Shown: piece by piece, positions 43,772 through 52,561 of the stretch
Position numbering within the stretch: position 1 is the first letter of the stretch
Layout of the letters: the number at the start of each line of letters is the position of its first letter
DNA from: an uncultured Deinococcaceae bacterium
GTDB lineage: Bacteria; Deinococcota; Deinococci; Deinococcales; Deinococcaceae
DNA length: 64,000 bases
Direction: 5' to 3'
Assembly (NCBI GenBank): GCA_964252075.1
Contig: CAXULY010000007.1
Span: 131,372 to 195,371 of the forward strand
Notes under the pieces: model-generated
What the model saw: only the letters and a program-made list of their open reading frames with translations
What the model was told of the DNA's origin: nothing
The model's database searches: none
Made by a program: the position numbers and the translations under genes

Positions 43772-44736
43772 CCCCTCAACCCTTCATCCTGCCGCCCGGG
43801 GAGGGCGGGCTGAACCCCGCGCCGCTGCTGGCCGCGCACCAGCGCATCCTGCGCGACCTGCCGGACGTGACGAGCCTGCTGGTCGCGCGGGCTGGACGGC
43901 TGGCCTTCGAGGCGTACTTTCAGGGCGGACCGGAGGACGCGCGGGACGTGCAGTCCGTGACGAAAAGCGTGCTGTCGCTGCTGGTCGGCGCGGCGCTGGG
44001 TCAGGGGCACCTGCAGGGCCTGGATCAGCCGGTCCTGTCCCTGCTGCCCGAGCTGGCGGCGCATGTGGTGGACGACCGCTGGACGCGGGTGACGGTGCGG
44101 CACCTGCTCACCATGACGTCCGGCCTGCCTTCCGAACTGACGGACGAGGCCTACGACGAGGCGTACATGGCCGCGCCGGACCCCGTGCGCTTCGCGGTGG
44201 GGCAGCGGCTGGCCGGAGAGCCGGGCGCGGACTTCCGCTACAGCAACGCGGGCGCGCACCTGCTGGGCGCGGCCCTCGCCCGGGTGGTCGGGCAGGACCT
44301 CGCGGAGTACGCGCAGGCGAACCTCTTCACGCCGCTGGGCGTCCCGCACGCGCACTGGACGCGCGACCCGCAGGGCCGCCCCATGGCGGATGGGGGCCTG
44401 CGCCTGCGCTCCCGGGACGTGCTGCGCGTGGGCCAGCTGGTCCTGCAGCGCGGCGGGTGGGCGGGCCAGCGGCTGGTGCCCGCCGGGTGGATTGCGGACG
44501 CCACGCGCCCGCACGTGCCCGGGTACGTGTGGATGGAGGGCCTGCCGGACTACGGCCTGCTGTGGTGGGTGACCGCGGAGGGCGGCGCGCCGGTGTGGTA
44601 CGCGACGGGCTTCGGCGGGCAGTACCTCGCGGTGTTCCCCGAGCTGGACGCGGTGGCGGTCATGACGGGCGTGGTGGGCGTGCACCCCAGCCACCGCTTC
44701 ATCCTCCCGGAGTTCGTGCGCGCGGCGCTCGTGTAG
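43768..44736 (+). CDS. beta-lactamase/transpeptidase-like serine hydrolase
   Basis: S-x-x-K (SVTKS) and Y-x-N (YSNAG) motifs. ATGA overlap with the ABC-F stop. Confidence 0.8.
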   Translation: MTPQPFILPPGEGGLNPAPLLAAHQRILRDLPDVTSLLVARAGRLAFEAYFQGGPEDARDVQSVTKSVLSLLVGAALGQGHLQGLDQPVLSLLPELAAHVVDDRWTRVTVRHLLTMTSGLPSELTDEAYDEAYMAAPDPVRFAVGQRLAGEPGADFRYSNAGAHLLGAALARVVGQDLAEYAQANLFTPLGVPHAHWTRDPQGRPMADGGLRLRSRDVLRVGQLVLQRGGWAGQRLVPAGWIADATRPHVPGYVWMEGLPDYGLLWWVTAEGGAPVWYATGFGGQYLAVFPELDAVAVMTGVVGVHPSHRFILPEFVRAALV

Positions 44737-44770
44737 GGCGTCGCGGCTCGGGCGCGCCCGTTCATGCGGT

Positions 44771-47366
44771 TCAGGTGCCCCTGGGTTTGGCGCGGCGGGT
44801 GGGCGCCGCGGTCCAGGGGTCGTCGGGCCAGGGGTGCTTGGGGTAGCGGCCCCGCAGGTCCTTGCGCGCCTCGAAGTACCCGCGCGCCCAGAAGCTCCGC
44901 AGGTCCTGCGTGACCTGCACGGGCCGCCCGGCGGGCGACAGCAGGTGCAGCACCGTGGGGGTGCGGCCCCCGTTCACGGTGGGCGTGTCCGCCAGACCGA
45001 AGAGTTCCTGCAGCTTCACGGCCAGCACGGGCGGCGCGCCGTCCGGAAAGTACTCCAGGCGCACGCGACTGCCGCTCGGCACGGTCAGGTGCGTGGGGGC
45101 CAGCTCGTCGAGACGCGCGGGGAGCGGCCACGGCAGCAGCCCCGCGAGGTGCGCGGTGAGGTCCAGCCGCGCGAGGTCGTCGCGCCGGCGCACGCCCGCG
45201 AGCGCCGCGCCCAGCCAGTCCTCCAGGGTGGCGAGCAGCGCTTCGTCCGTCACGTCCGGCCAGTCCTCGTCCGCGCGCCACGCGCGCAGGCTCAGCACGC
45301 GCGCCTGCCACGCGCGGGCGGCGGGCGTCCAGGGCAGCAGGTGGGCGCCCTCGCGGCGGATGGCGTCCGCGACGGCGCGCGCCTGCGCTTCGGGCGGGAC
45401 CTGCGCGAGCGGGCGGGACTCCAGCACCAGCGCCCCGAAGCGCAGTTCGGTGAGGGCCTTCAGGGCGCCGCTGCGGTCGTCCCAGGTGAGGGTGTCGGCC
45501 CAGGTCGCGTGGGGGCGCAGGGTGGCCGGGTCGAGCGGCGCCGCGAGGTACACGCGTCCGTCCGCGCCCGCGTCGTCGAGGTGCGCGACCGCGAGGTACG
45601 GGCGCGTCAACGGCTACAGCGTCTACATCTACGAGTGGCGCGTCGCGACGGTCGGCGAGAAGAGCATCGGCTGGGTCATGGGCAAGCGCATGCCGAGCGA
45701 GGTGCGCGACCGCGAGGTACGGGCTGCCCGCCAGGGCGTCCCCCTCGCCCAGCCGCACCCCGCGCCCCCCGGCCAGTTTGTAGCGCCCACCGTGCCCCTC
45801 GCGGCGCTGCGCCACGCGCTCTGGGTACGCGAGCGCCACCAGCGCGCCCACCGCGTAGGGGTCGGGGGGCGCGTGGTCGGCGGGCGCCCGCAGGCGCGTG
45901 CGCCACTGGCGGCTGAGGCGCTCGACGCGCTCCAGCACCGCGCGGTCGGCGCTGTCCCGCGCGCCCGCCCGCCACGCCCGCAGCGCGCGCACGCGGTCCG
46001 TGAGGTCGCTGCCCGCCTCGCGCCCGAGGGGGTCGCGCTCCTCCAGCAGCGCCGCGATGTCCGCTGCGAGGGCGCCCTCGCCCTGCGCGGCGCCCTCGCT
46101 CAGCAGGTGCGCGAGGCGCGGGTGGGTGGGCAGGTCCAGCATCGCCGCGCCGCGCGCGGTGAGGCGCCCGCCCGCGTCCAGCGCCTCCAGCCGCGTGAGC
46201 AGGTCGCGCGCCTCGCCGAGCGCGCGGGCCGGGGGTGGGTCCAGCCACGGCAGGGCCAGCGGGTCGGCGCCCCACTGCGCGACCTCCAGCAGCGTGGGCG
46301 CGAGGTCCGCCTCCAGGATCTCCGGGGGTCGGCGCTCGCGCAGGGCGGCCTGGGTGCGCTCGCTCCACAGGCGGTACGCGGTGCCGGGCGCCACGCGCCC
46401 CGCGCGGCCCGCGCGCTGGGTGGCGGCGTCGCGCGTGACGCGCTCCGTCACCAGGCGGCTGAGGCCCGTCGCGGGGTCGGTGCGCGCCACGCGCGCGAGC
46501 CCGCCGTCCACCACGACGCGCACGCCCTCGATGGTGAGGCTGGTCTCCGCGATGTTCGTCGCGAGCACCACCTTCCGCCGCCCGTCGGGGTCCGGCAGGA
46601 GGGCGCGGCGCTGCTCCTGCGGCGAGAGGTCCCCGTACAGCGGCAGCACGCGCGCGTCCGGGTGCCGCGCGGCGAGCGCCTCCTGCGCCCGCCTGATCTC
46701 CCCGCTCCCCGGCAGGAAGGCCAGCACGTCGCCTGCGTGCGCCGCGAGCGCCTCCGAGACCTTCGCCGCCACCGCCTGCGCCACGTCGCCGCTGGGGTCG
46801 GTGGGCAGGTGGCGCAGCTCCACGGGGTAACTGCGCCCCTCGGACTGCAGCAGCGGCGCGCCACCGAGCTGAGCGGGCAGGGCGGGGTCCAGGGTGGCGG
46901 ACATGACCAGCAGGCGCAGGTCGGGCCGCAGGGCGCCCTGCACCTCGCGGCACAGGGCCAGCGCGAGGTCGGCGTGCAGGCTGCGCTCGTGGAACTCGTC
47001 GAAGATCACGAGGCCCACGCCCGAGAGTTCCGGGTCGCCCTGCAGGCGGCGCGTCAGGATGCCCTCGGTCAGCACCTCCAGGCGGGTGGCGGCGCCCACG
47101 GCGGACTCGAAGCGCACGCGGTACCCGACGGTCTGCCCCACCGGCTCACCCAGCGTCTCCGCGAGCCGCGCCGCGACGGCCCGCGCGGCCACCCGGCGCG
47201 GCTGCAGCATCAGCACGCCCTGCCCCACCAGCCACCCCTCATGCAGCAGCTGGAGCGGCAGGGCGGTGCTCTTGCCCGCGCCCGGCGGCGCCTGCAGCAC
47301 CACCAGCGGGTGCTGCGCCAGAGTGGCGCGCAGGTCGGGCAGCAGGTCCAGAACGGGCAGGCTCAC
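44771..47366 (-). pseudogene. hrpB: ATP-dependent helicase HrpB, disrupted by a 121-bp insertion/duplication (frameshift)
   Basis: N-terminal DEAH helicase part (GAGKST, DEFHER) in one frame (to about 45724). C-terminal HrpB domain in another frame (44771..45610). Junction marked by 27-bp direct repeats. Confidence 0.75.
45577..45724. repeat. 27-bp perfect direct repeat CGAGGTGCGCGACCGCGAGGTACGGGC (45577-45603 and 45698-45724) flanking a 94-bp lower-GC insert inside hrpB
   Basis: Read directly. Copies are 121 nt apart, which causes the +1 frame change. Confidence 0.8.
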
Positions 47367-47429
47367 GCCAGGAAGTCTAGAGCGCCTGCCCGGTGGGCGG
47401 GGGTGCGCCGGGCACCCTCCATCGCCGCG

Positions 47430-47897
47430 TCAGTACTCGATGCGCTCGGTGCTGGACGTCCACGCCCGGAACGCCTGCAAGCTTTCGTCGCGGCCCTCCT
47501 GCGTCATGGGGAGGGCTCGCTGGGCCTTGGGTTTGTCGAGCTCCTCGTAGATGAACTGGTCGGAGAAGCCGATGCCGTCCGCGTCCGCCTGCGTGCAGCC
47601 GTAATGCACGCGCGCGAGGCGCGCCCAGTAGATGGCGCCCAGGCACATGGGGCACGGCTCGCAGCTGGTGTAGATCTCGCAGTCGGACAGGTCGAAGGTG
47701 CCGAGGGTGCGCGCCGCCTCGCGGATGGCGTTCACCTCCGCGTGGGCGGTCGGGTCGTGGCTGGCGGTCACGCGGTTCACGCCGCGGGCGATCACCTGCC
47801 CATTCCGCACGATGACCGCGCCGAAGGGACCTCCCGCGCCGCTCGTGACGTTCTCCAGCGCGAGGCGCGCGGCTTCCTGCATGAATTCACTTGTCAT
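47430..47897 (-). CDS. CMP/dCMP-type zinc deaminase (guanine deaminase/TadA-like)
   Basis: HAE...CEPCPMC zinc-binding motifs. 156 aa with C-terminal extension typical of guanine deaminase. Confidence 0.85.
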   Translation of the reverse strand: MTSEFMQEAARLALENVTSGAGGPFGAVIVRNGQVIARGVNRVTASHDPTAHAEVNAIREAARTLGTFDLSDCEIYTSCEPCPMCLGAIYWARLARVHYGCTQADADGIGFSDQFIYEELDKPKAQRALPMTQEGRDESLQAFRAWTSSTERIEY

Positions 47898-48009
47898 GGA
47901 CACTCCGTGGGGCCAGCACGAGGGCGGGCCCGCATGGTTCATGGGCTGCGGCCCCGCTGGTTATCCATGCAGAACAGCGGGCGAGGCCATGGTAGCAGGC
48001 GCGGCGCGC

Positions 48010-48894
48010 TCAGGGGGCGGGCGTGTCGTCGGTGAGCGCGCTGGCGAGGGCCTGGATCTCCGGTCTGTCCTGGTCCACGGGTCGGTACGCGAGCCACCAC
48101 GTCTCGGGCGGCACGCGGTCCGTGAGGTCCACCACCTCGCGCACGCGTCCGCCGGCGAGGGCCGCGCGCGCCACGAAGTCCGGCACGATGCTCAGGCCGT
48201 ACCCGAGTTCCACGGCGCGCAGCACGGCGCGCAGGTCCGGCACCGTGAGGCGCGGCGCGGCGTCGAAGCGCGCGCCGAGCGCCTGCGTCCAGAAGCGGCG
48301 CGTGACGGGCCGCTCGGCGCTGTAACTCACCCACGGCTGGCCGTTCAGCCACGCGGCGAGGGCGGCGGGCGCCAGGTCGGGCGGGCCGGGCAGGGTGGGC
48401 GGTCCGATCAGCACGTAGCGCTGGGTGTGCAGGGCGCGCGCGTCCAGGCCGCGCGCGCTGGGCTTGAGGGGCAGCACCGCCGCGTCGAGCGCCCCGCCTT
48501 CCAGCGCGGCGTGCAGGTCGCGGGCCTCGCCGAAGGTGAGCGTGAGGGCGTCCGCCACCTCGCGCAGGCGGTCCAGCGCGTGGGCGTGCAGGTACTCGGG
48601 CGTGGTGCCCAGGCGCACCCTGCGGACCGCGTCCGAGCGGCGACGCAGGCCGCGCGTGACGCGCTCCAGCCGGTCGAGGGACTCGAAGACCTGGGCGTAC
48701 AGTTCCTGTCCGCGCGCGGTGGCCTGCACGCCGCGCGGCGTGCGCGTAAAGAGCGGGGCGCCGACCAGGACCTCCAGCGCCGCGAGCTGCTGACTCACGG
48801 CGGGCTGCGTGAGGTGCCGGGCGCGCGCGCCTCCCGTCACGCTGCCCGCGCGGTACACGGCGACGAAGGTGCGGTACAGGTCCAGGTGGGACAT
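48010..48894 (-). CDS. LysR family transcriptional regulator
   Basis: N-terminal HTH (LDLYRTFVAVYRAGSVTGGARARHLTQPAVSQQLAALE) plus LysR substrate domain. Confidence 0.85.
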   Translation of the reverse strand: MSHLDLYRTFVAVYRAGSVTGGARARHLTQPAVSQQLAALEVLVGAPLFTRTPRGVQATARGQELYAQVFESLDRLERVTRGLRRRSDAVRRVRLGTTPEYLHAHALDRLREVADALTLTFGEARDLHAALEGGALDAAVLPLKPSARGLDARALHTQRYVLIGPPTLPGPPDLAPAALAAWLNGQPWVSYSAERPVTRRFWTQALGARFDAAPRLTVPDLRAVLRAVELGYGLSIVPDFVARAALAGGRVREVVDLTDRVPPETWWLAYRPVDQDRPEIQALASALTDDTPAP

Positions 48895-49029
48895 CAGCAA
48901 CTGTTATACCGGGCATTCGGGACCACTATTGGTTGAATTGGTGCGCCGCGCGGACAATGCGGGTGGGCGAGGGGCGCACCTCCCGCGTGACCACCTCACA
49001 CCGCCCACTTCCCGAATCGAGGTTCGCGC

Positions 49030-49791
49030 ATGACCACATCCAGCCGTGAGCAGTTCGACCGCAACGCCGAGAAGTACGCCGCGAGTGCCGTGCACCAGTC
49101 GGGGCCCAGCCTGCCCGTGCTGCTGGCCCTCGCGGAGCCGCAGCCCACCGACCGCGCCCTGGACGTGGCGACGGGAACGGGCCACACGGCCCTGGCGCTG
49201 GCCCCGCACGTCGCGCACGTGACAGGACTGGACGTCTCCCCACGCATGCTGGAGCAGGCGCGGCGCCTGGCGACCGAGGCGGGCGCCGCTCAAGCGCAGT
49301 TCCAGGAGGGCCGCGCCGAGCAGCTGCCCTTCCCTGACGGTCACTTCACGCTGGTCACGTCCAGGCACGCGCCGCATCACTTTCATGACGTGGGGGCGTT
49401 CCTGCGCGAGGCGCGGCGGGTGCTGGCGCCGGGGGGTCGGCTGGTGATCGCGGATCAGATCTCGCCGGATGATCGGGTGGCGCCGTGGGTGAACTTCTGG
49501 GAGCGCGCGCGCGACCCCTCGCACTTCCGGCAGCGGACGGTGGCCGAGTGGCAGTGGGAGGCCGCGGAGGCGGGGTTCACCTGGACCGCGGAGCGGGTGG
49601 TGCCGTACCGCCTGGAGTTCGGGTGGTGGGTGAAGCAGGCGGGCTGCACACCGGACGCCATCCAGGCGCTGCGCGATCACGCGGCGCAGGCGAGCGCGGC
49701 GGTGCGCGAGGCGATGGGTCTGGAATTCACACCGCAGGGCGACGTGCTGGCCTTCCATGAGCCGATGCTCGTGGTGCGCCTGGACCGTTGA
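49030..49791 (+). CDS. class I SAM-dependent methyltransferase (Methyltransf_11/UbiE-like)
   Basis: LDVATGTGHTA motif I. Divergent from lysR. Confidence 0.8.
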   Translation: MTTSSREQFDRNAEKYAASAVHQSGPSLPVLLALAEPQPTDRALDVATGTGHTALALAPHVAHVTGLDVSPRMLEQARRLATEAGAAQAQFQEGRAEQLPFPDGHFTLVTSRHAPHHFHDVGAFLREARRVLAPGGRLVIADQISPDDRVAPWVNFWERARDPSHFRQRTVAEWQWEAAEAGFTWTAERVVPYRLEFGWWVKQAGCTPDAIQALRDHAAQASAAVREAMGLEFTPQGDVLAFHEPMLVVRLDR

Positions 49792-49873
49792 CGCGCCCCA
49801 GCGGAGGTGTGTCAAGCACTTGTTCAGATTTCATAAGAATTCTGACAGGATTGTGGGCTCACAATGCACGCAG

Positions 49874-50482
49874 ATGAATCAGGAGCCGCAGCAGGACGAC
49901 GGAGGGGCGCCATCGCGTCCGACTCGCCCCGCGCGCGCCCGGCAGACGCCGGACCACCCATGGCTGCAGCACACCGCGCACGCGTGGCGCATCGCGCGCC
50001 TCGCGGGGCGGGTGGGGTTGCGGCTGGGCCTGCCACGCCGCGACCTGTGGTCGTTGTTCTGCGGGGCGCTGCTGCACGACTCCGGGAAGCTCTTCGTGCC
50101 CGGCCGCATCCTGAACAAGCCCGGGCGGCTGGATGAGGCGGAGTGGCTGGTGGTGCGCCGCCATCCGGGCCTCGGCGCGCGGCTGGTGCGCTTCCTGCCG
50201 GGCTGCCCGGCGGCAGTCGTGAAGACGGTGCTGCACCACCACGAACGCTGGGACGGGCAGGGGTACCCGCACGGCCTGCGCGGGCATGAGATTCCGCTCG
50301 CCGCCCAGATCGTGGCGGTGTGCGACGTGTACGACGCGCTGTGCAGCCAGCGGCCGTACAAGCGCGCCTGGACGCAGGCCGAGGCGCTGCGCGAACTTCA
50401 GGCGCAGGCCGGGCAGCAGTTTGGCGCGGCGGTCGTGCTGGCGTTCCTGGCAGAGCTGGGCGGCACGCCCCTGCGCGCCTGA
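49874..50482 (+). CDS. HD-GYP-type HD-domain phosphohydrolase
   Basis: HDSGK...HHERWDGQGYPHGL signature. Confidence 0.75.
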   Translation: MNQEPQQDDGGAPSRPTRPARARQTPDHPWLQHTAHAWRIARLAGRVGLRLGLPRRDLWSLFCGALLHDSGKLFVPGRILNKPGRLDEAEWLVVRRHPGLGARLVRFLPGCPAAVVKTVLHHHERWDGQGYPHGLRGHEIPLAAQIVAVCDVYDALCSQRPYKRAWTQAEALRELQAQAGQQFGAAVVLAFLAELGGTPLRA

Positions 50483-50558
50483 GCACCGGCACCCGCCGCG
50501 CTGCCCCTGGTCGCGGTCCCAGATGGCGCGTGCGGGCCGCGAGGACTACCGTAGGGGC

Positions 50559-50768
50559 ATGACGACCGACGATCCCCATGCGTTGTCCCAGGGCGTCCTC
50601 GCGTACAAGCTCGCCCTGGCGATCCTCAGCACCTTGCAGGACAAGGGGGTGCTCAGCGAGGTGGAGGTGGAGCGCATCCTGCTCGCCGCGAAGATCTCCG
50701 CGAGCCAGCCCACACCCACCGCCCCGCCCCTGCTGGACCTCGACCTGAGCAGCGAAGGCCCTCAGTAG
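50559..50768 (+). CDS. small hypothetical protein (69 aa)
   Basis: ATG ORF downstream of the HD gene. Weak RBS. Helical, protein-like composition. Confidence 0.3.
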   Translation: MTTDDPHALSQGVLAYKLALAILSTLQDKGVLSEVEVERILLAAKISASQPTPTAPPLLDLDLSSEGPQ

Positions 50769-50781
50769 GCGCGCGGGGCGG

Positions 50782-52401
50782 TCAGACGGGCGCGGCCTCC
50801 TGGTACCCCACCGCGATGCGCATGCCCTGACGCGCCACCAGAATGCCGCCCTGCGGCAGGATGAAGGCCGCCACGTCGTGCACCACCGCGGCGGGCGCGC
50901 CGGGCAGCACCGCCGCGACGTCCCCCTTGTAATCCGTGCGGAGGGTCAGGGTGCGGTCCAGCACCTCGACCCCCACCGGTTCACCCCGGTAGGCGACGAG
51001 GGCGTACTGCCGCGCCGTGCGGACGTGCTGCACCTGCTCCGGCGGGGGCGCCGCGAACACCGCGACGTACACCGCTTCCAGCAGGTTCAGCGCGCGCGCC
51101 TCGCTGCACCCGAGCGCGCGCGCGGCGTCCTGAAAGGCGCGGCTGGCGTCCACGCGCGGCAGGCGGCGCAGGCGCGCCACGAGGTTCTCCGCGCCCTTGC
51201 GCGCGAAGGCCAGGAGCGCCGCGGCGTCCGCGCTGCGGTAGCGCCCCGCAGAGTCCGGCCCGAGCGCCGTGGTGTCGATGCGCCCGTCCCGCAGGCGCTG
51301 CGCGACGGCGCGCGCGAGGCGCAGGTTCAGGTGATCGTGGCTGGGGTCCAGGAGCGCCGCCATGGGCCGCGCGAGCGCCAGGAGCGCAAAGAGTGAGGCG
51401 TGACGGCCCTCCACGAACTGCATGAGCAGGTACTCGCCGATCTGCGAGGCGCGCAACTCGACGCCCTCAAGCGGCACGCGCGTCACGGACACGCCGCCGC
51501 CCACGTCGCGCAGCGGGTACACCGCGCCGTGCGCGGTGAGCTGCCAGCCGCTCGCGCCCGGCTGCCACGCCAGCGTCTCGCCGCGCCACTCCACCTGCTC
51601 CGCGCCGCGCAGGCGCACGGCGAGCACCGCGCCATTTCCGGGGCGGTCCAGCGCACGGTCCGGGTGCTGGCCGTGCAGGACCTGCGTGACGGCGACGGGC
51701 GGCTCGCCGCGCCCGCCGAGCGCGGTGGGCAGCAGGTCCTCCAGGAAGGCCAGACCGCGCGCGAAGGCGTCGCGCAGCCGGGCGCGCGGTTCCGCGCCGC
51801 TGTGCGACAGCTGCGGGTTGCTGGTGATCTCCAGCGCCAGGGTCCGCGCGCGCCCCACCGCCGTGACGGTCTCGCCCTGCTGGGCCATCAGCAGGTCCAG
51901 CAGGCCCGTGAGCATGGGGTGCGCGACCTGTGGGTTCCCGAGGGACACCAGGGTGTCGTGCTCGTCGGGCACGGGGTGCTTGAGGCCGCCCGCCTCCAGG
52001 TTCAGGCTCAGGGCGTACAGCACGCGCAGCGTCGCGAGGCCCGGCTCGCGCGCCCACTCGCGCGCCACGTCGCGCAGCGCCTCGTCGGCCTGCACGCGCC
52101 ACAGCGCCTGCGACAGCGCGCGCAGGCAGTCGGCCTCGCCATCCGGCGCTTCGGGCGTGGTGACGGGCAGGATGTCCCCGAACAGCGCCGCGCCGCGCAC
52201 CTCGTCGGTGGGGCGGTGGAAGCGCGTGTGGTGGCGCCACTGGCGGTCGGCGGTCATGAAGCGCCGCAGCAGCGTGGAGTCGAGGGACGCGCCCAGCAGG
52301 GCGTCCCGCAGCTCGATGACCGAGCGGCGCCCGCCGCGCGGGTCGCGGCCCGAGAGCACATCGGCGACCTTGTACTCGTACAGCTCAATCAGGGCGGGCC
52401 A
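50782..52401 (-). CDS. uncharacterised 540-aa protein
   Basis: Long high-GC3 ORF. Probable leaderless GTG start preceded by TATACT -10. No family recognised by eye. Confidence 0.55.
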   Translation of the reverse strand, partial: WPALIELYEYKVADVLSGRDPRGGRRSVIELRDALLGASLDSTLLRRFMTADRQWRHHTRFHRPTDEVRGAALFGDILPVTTPEAPDGEADCLRALSQALWRVQADEALRDVAREWAREPGLATLRVLYALSLNLEAGGLKHPVPDEHDTLVSLGNPQVAHPMLTGLLDLLMAQQGETVTAVGRARTLALEITSNPQLSHSGAEPRARLRDAFARGLAFLEDLLPTALGGRGEPPVAVTQVLHGQHPDRALDRPGNGAVLAVRLRGAEQVEWRGETLAWQPGASGWQLTAHGAVYPLRDVGGGVSVTRVPLEGVELRASQIGEYLLMQFVEGRHASLFALLALARPMAALLDPSHDHLNLRLARAVAQRLRDGRIDTTALGPDSAGRYRSADAAALLAFARKGAENLVARLRRLPRVDASRAFQDAARALGCSEARALNLLEAVYVAVFAAPPPEQVQHVRTARQYALVAYRGEPVGVEVLDRTLTLRTDYKGDVAAVLPGAPAAVVHDVAAFILPQGGILVARQGMRIAVGYQEAAPV

Positions 52402-52561
52402 GGATTCCACCCCACGAGTATAGGGGCGCCGCCACCCGCCCGCCGCTTTTTTTCGGCGCGCTGTCGGTATTTGCGCGGCGGCGGCGGAACCGATCATGTA
52501 GATTGGATGACAAGGTGTTCAGGCCCGATTCTTCTTCCGTGCTCTCCTGCATGGGGCCCCT

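Noticed and set aside
44862-48035. 1057-aa plus-strand ORF
   Set aside because: Antisense to hrpB and the deaminase gene. Only the short stretch inside the hrpB insert looks peptide-like.
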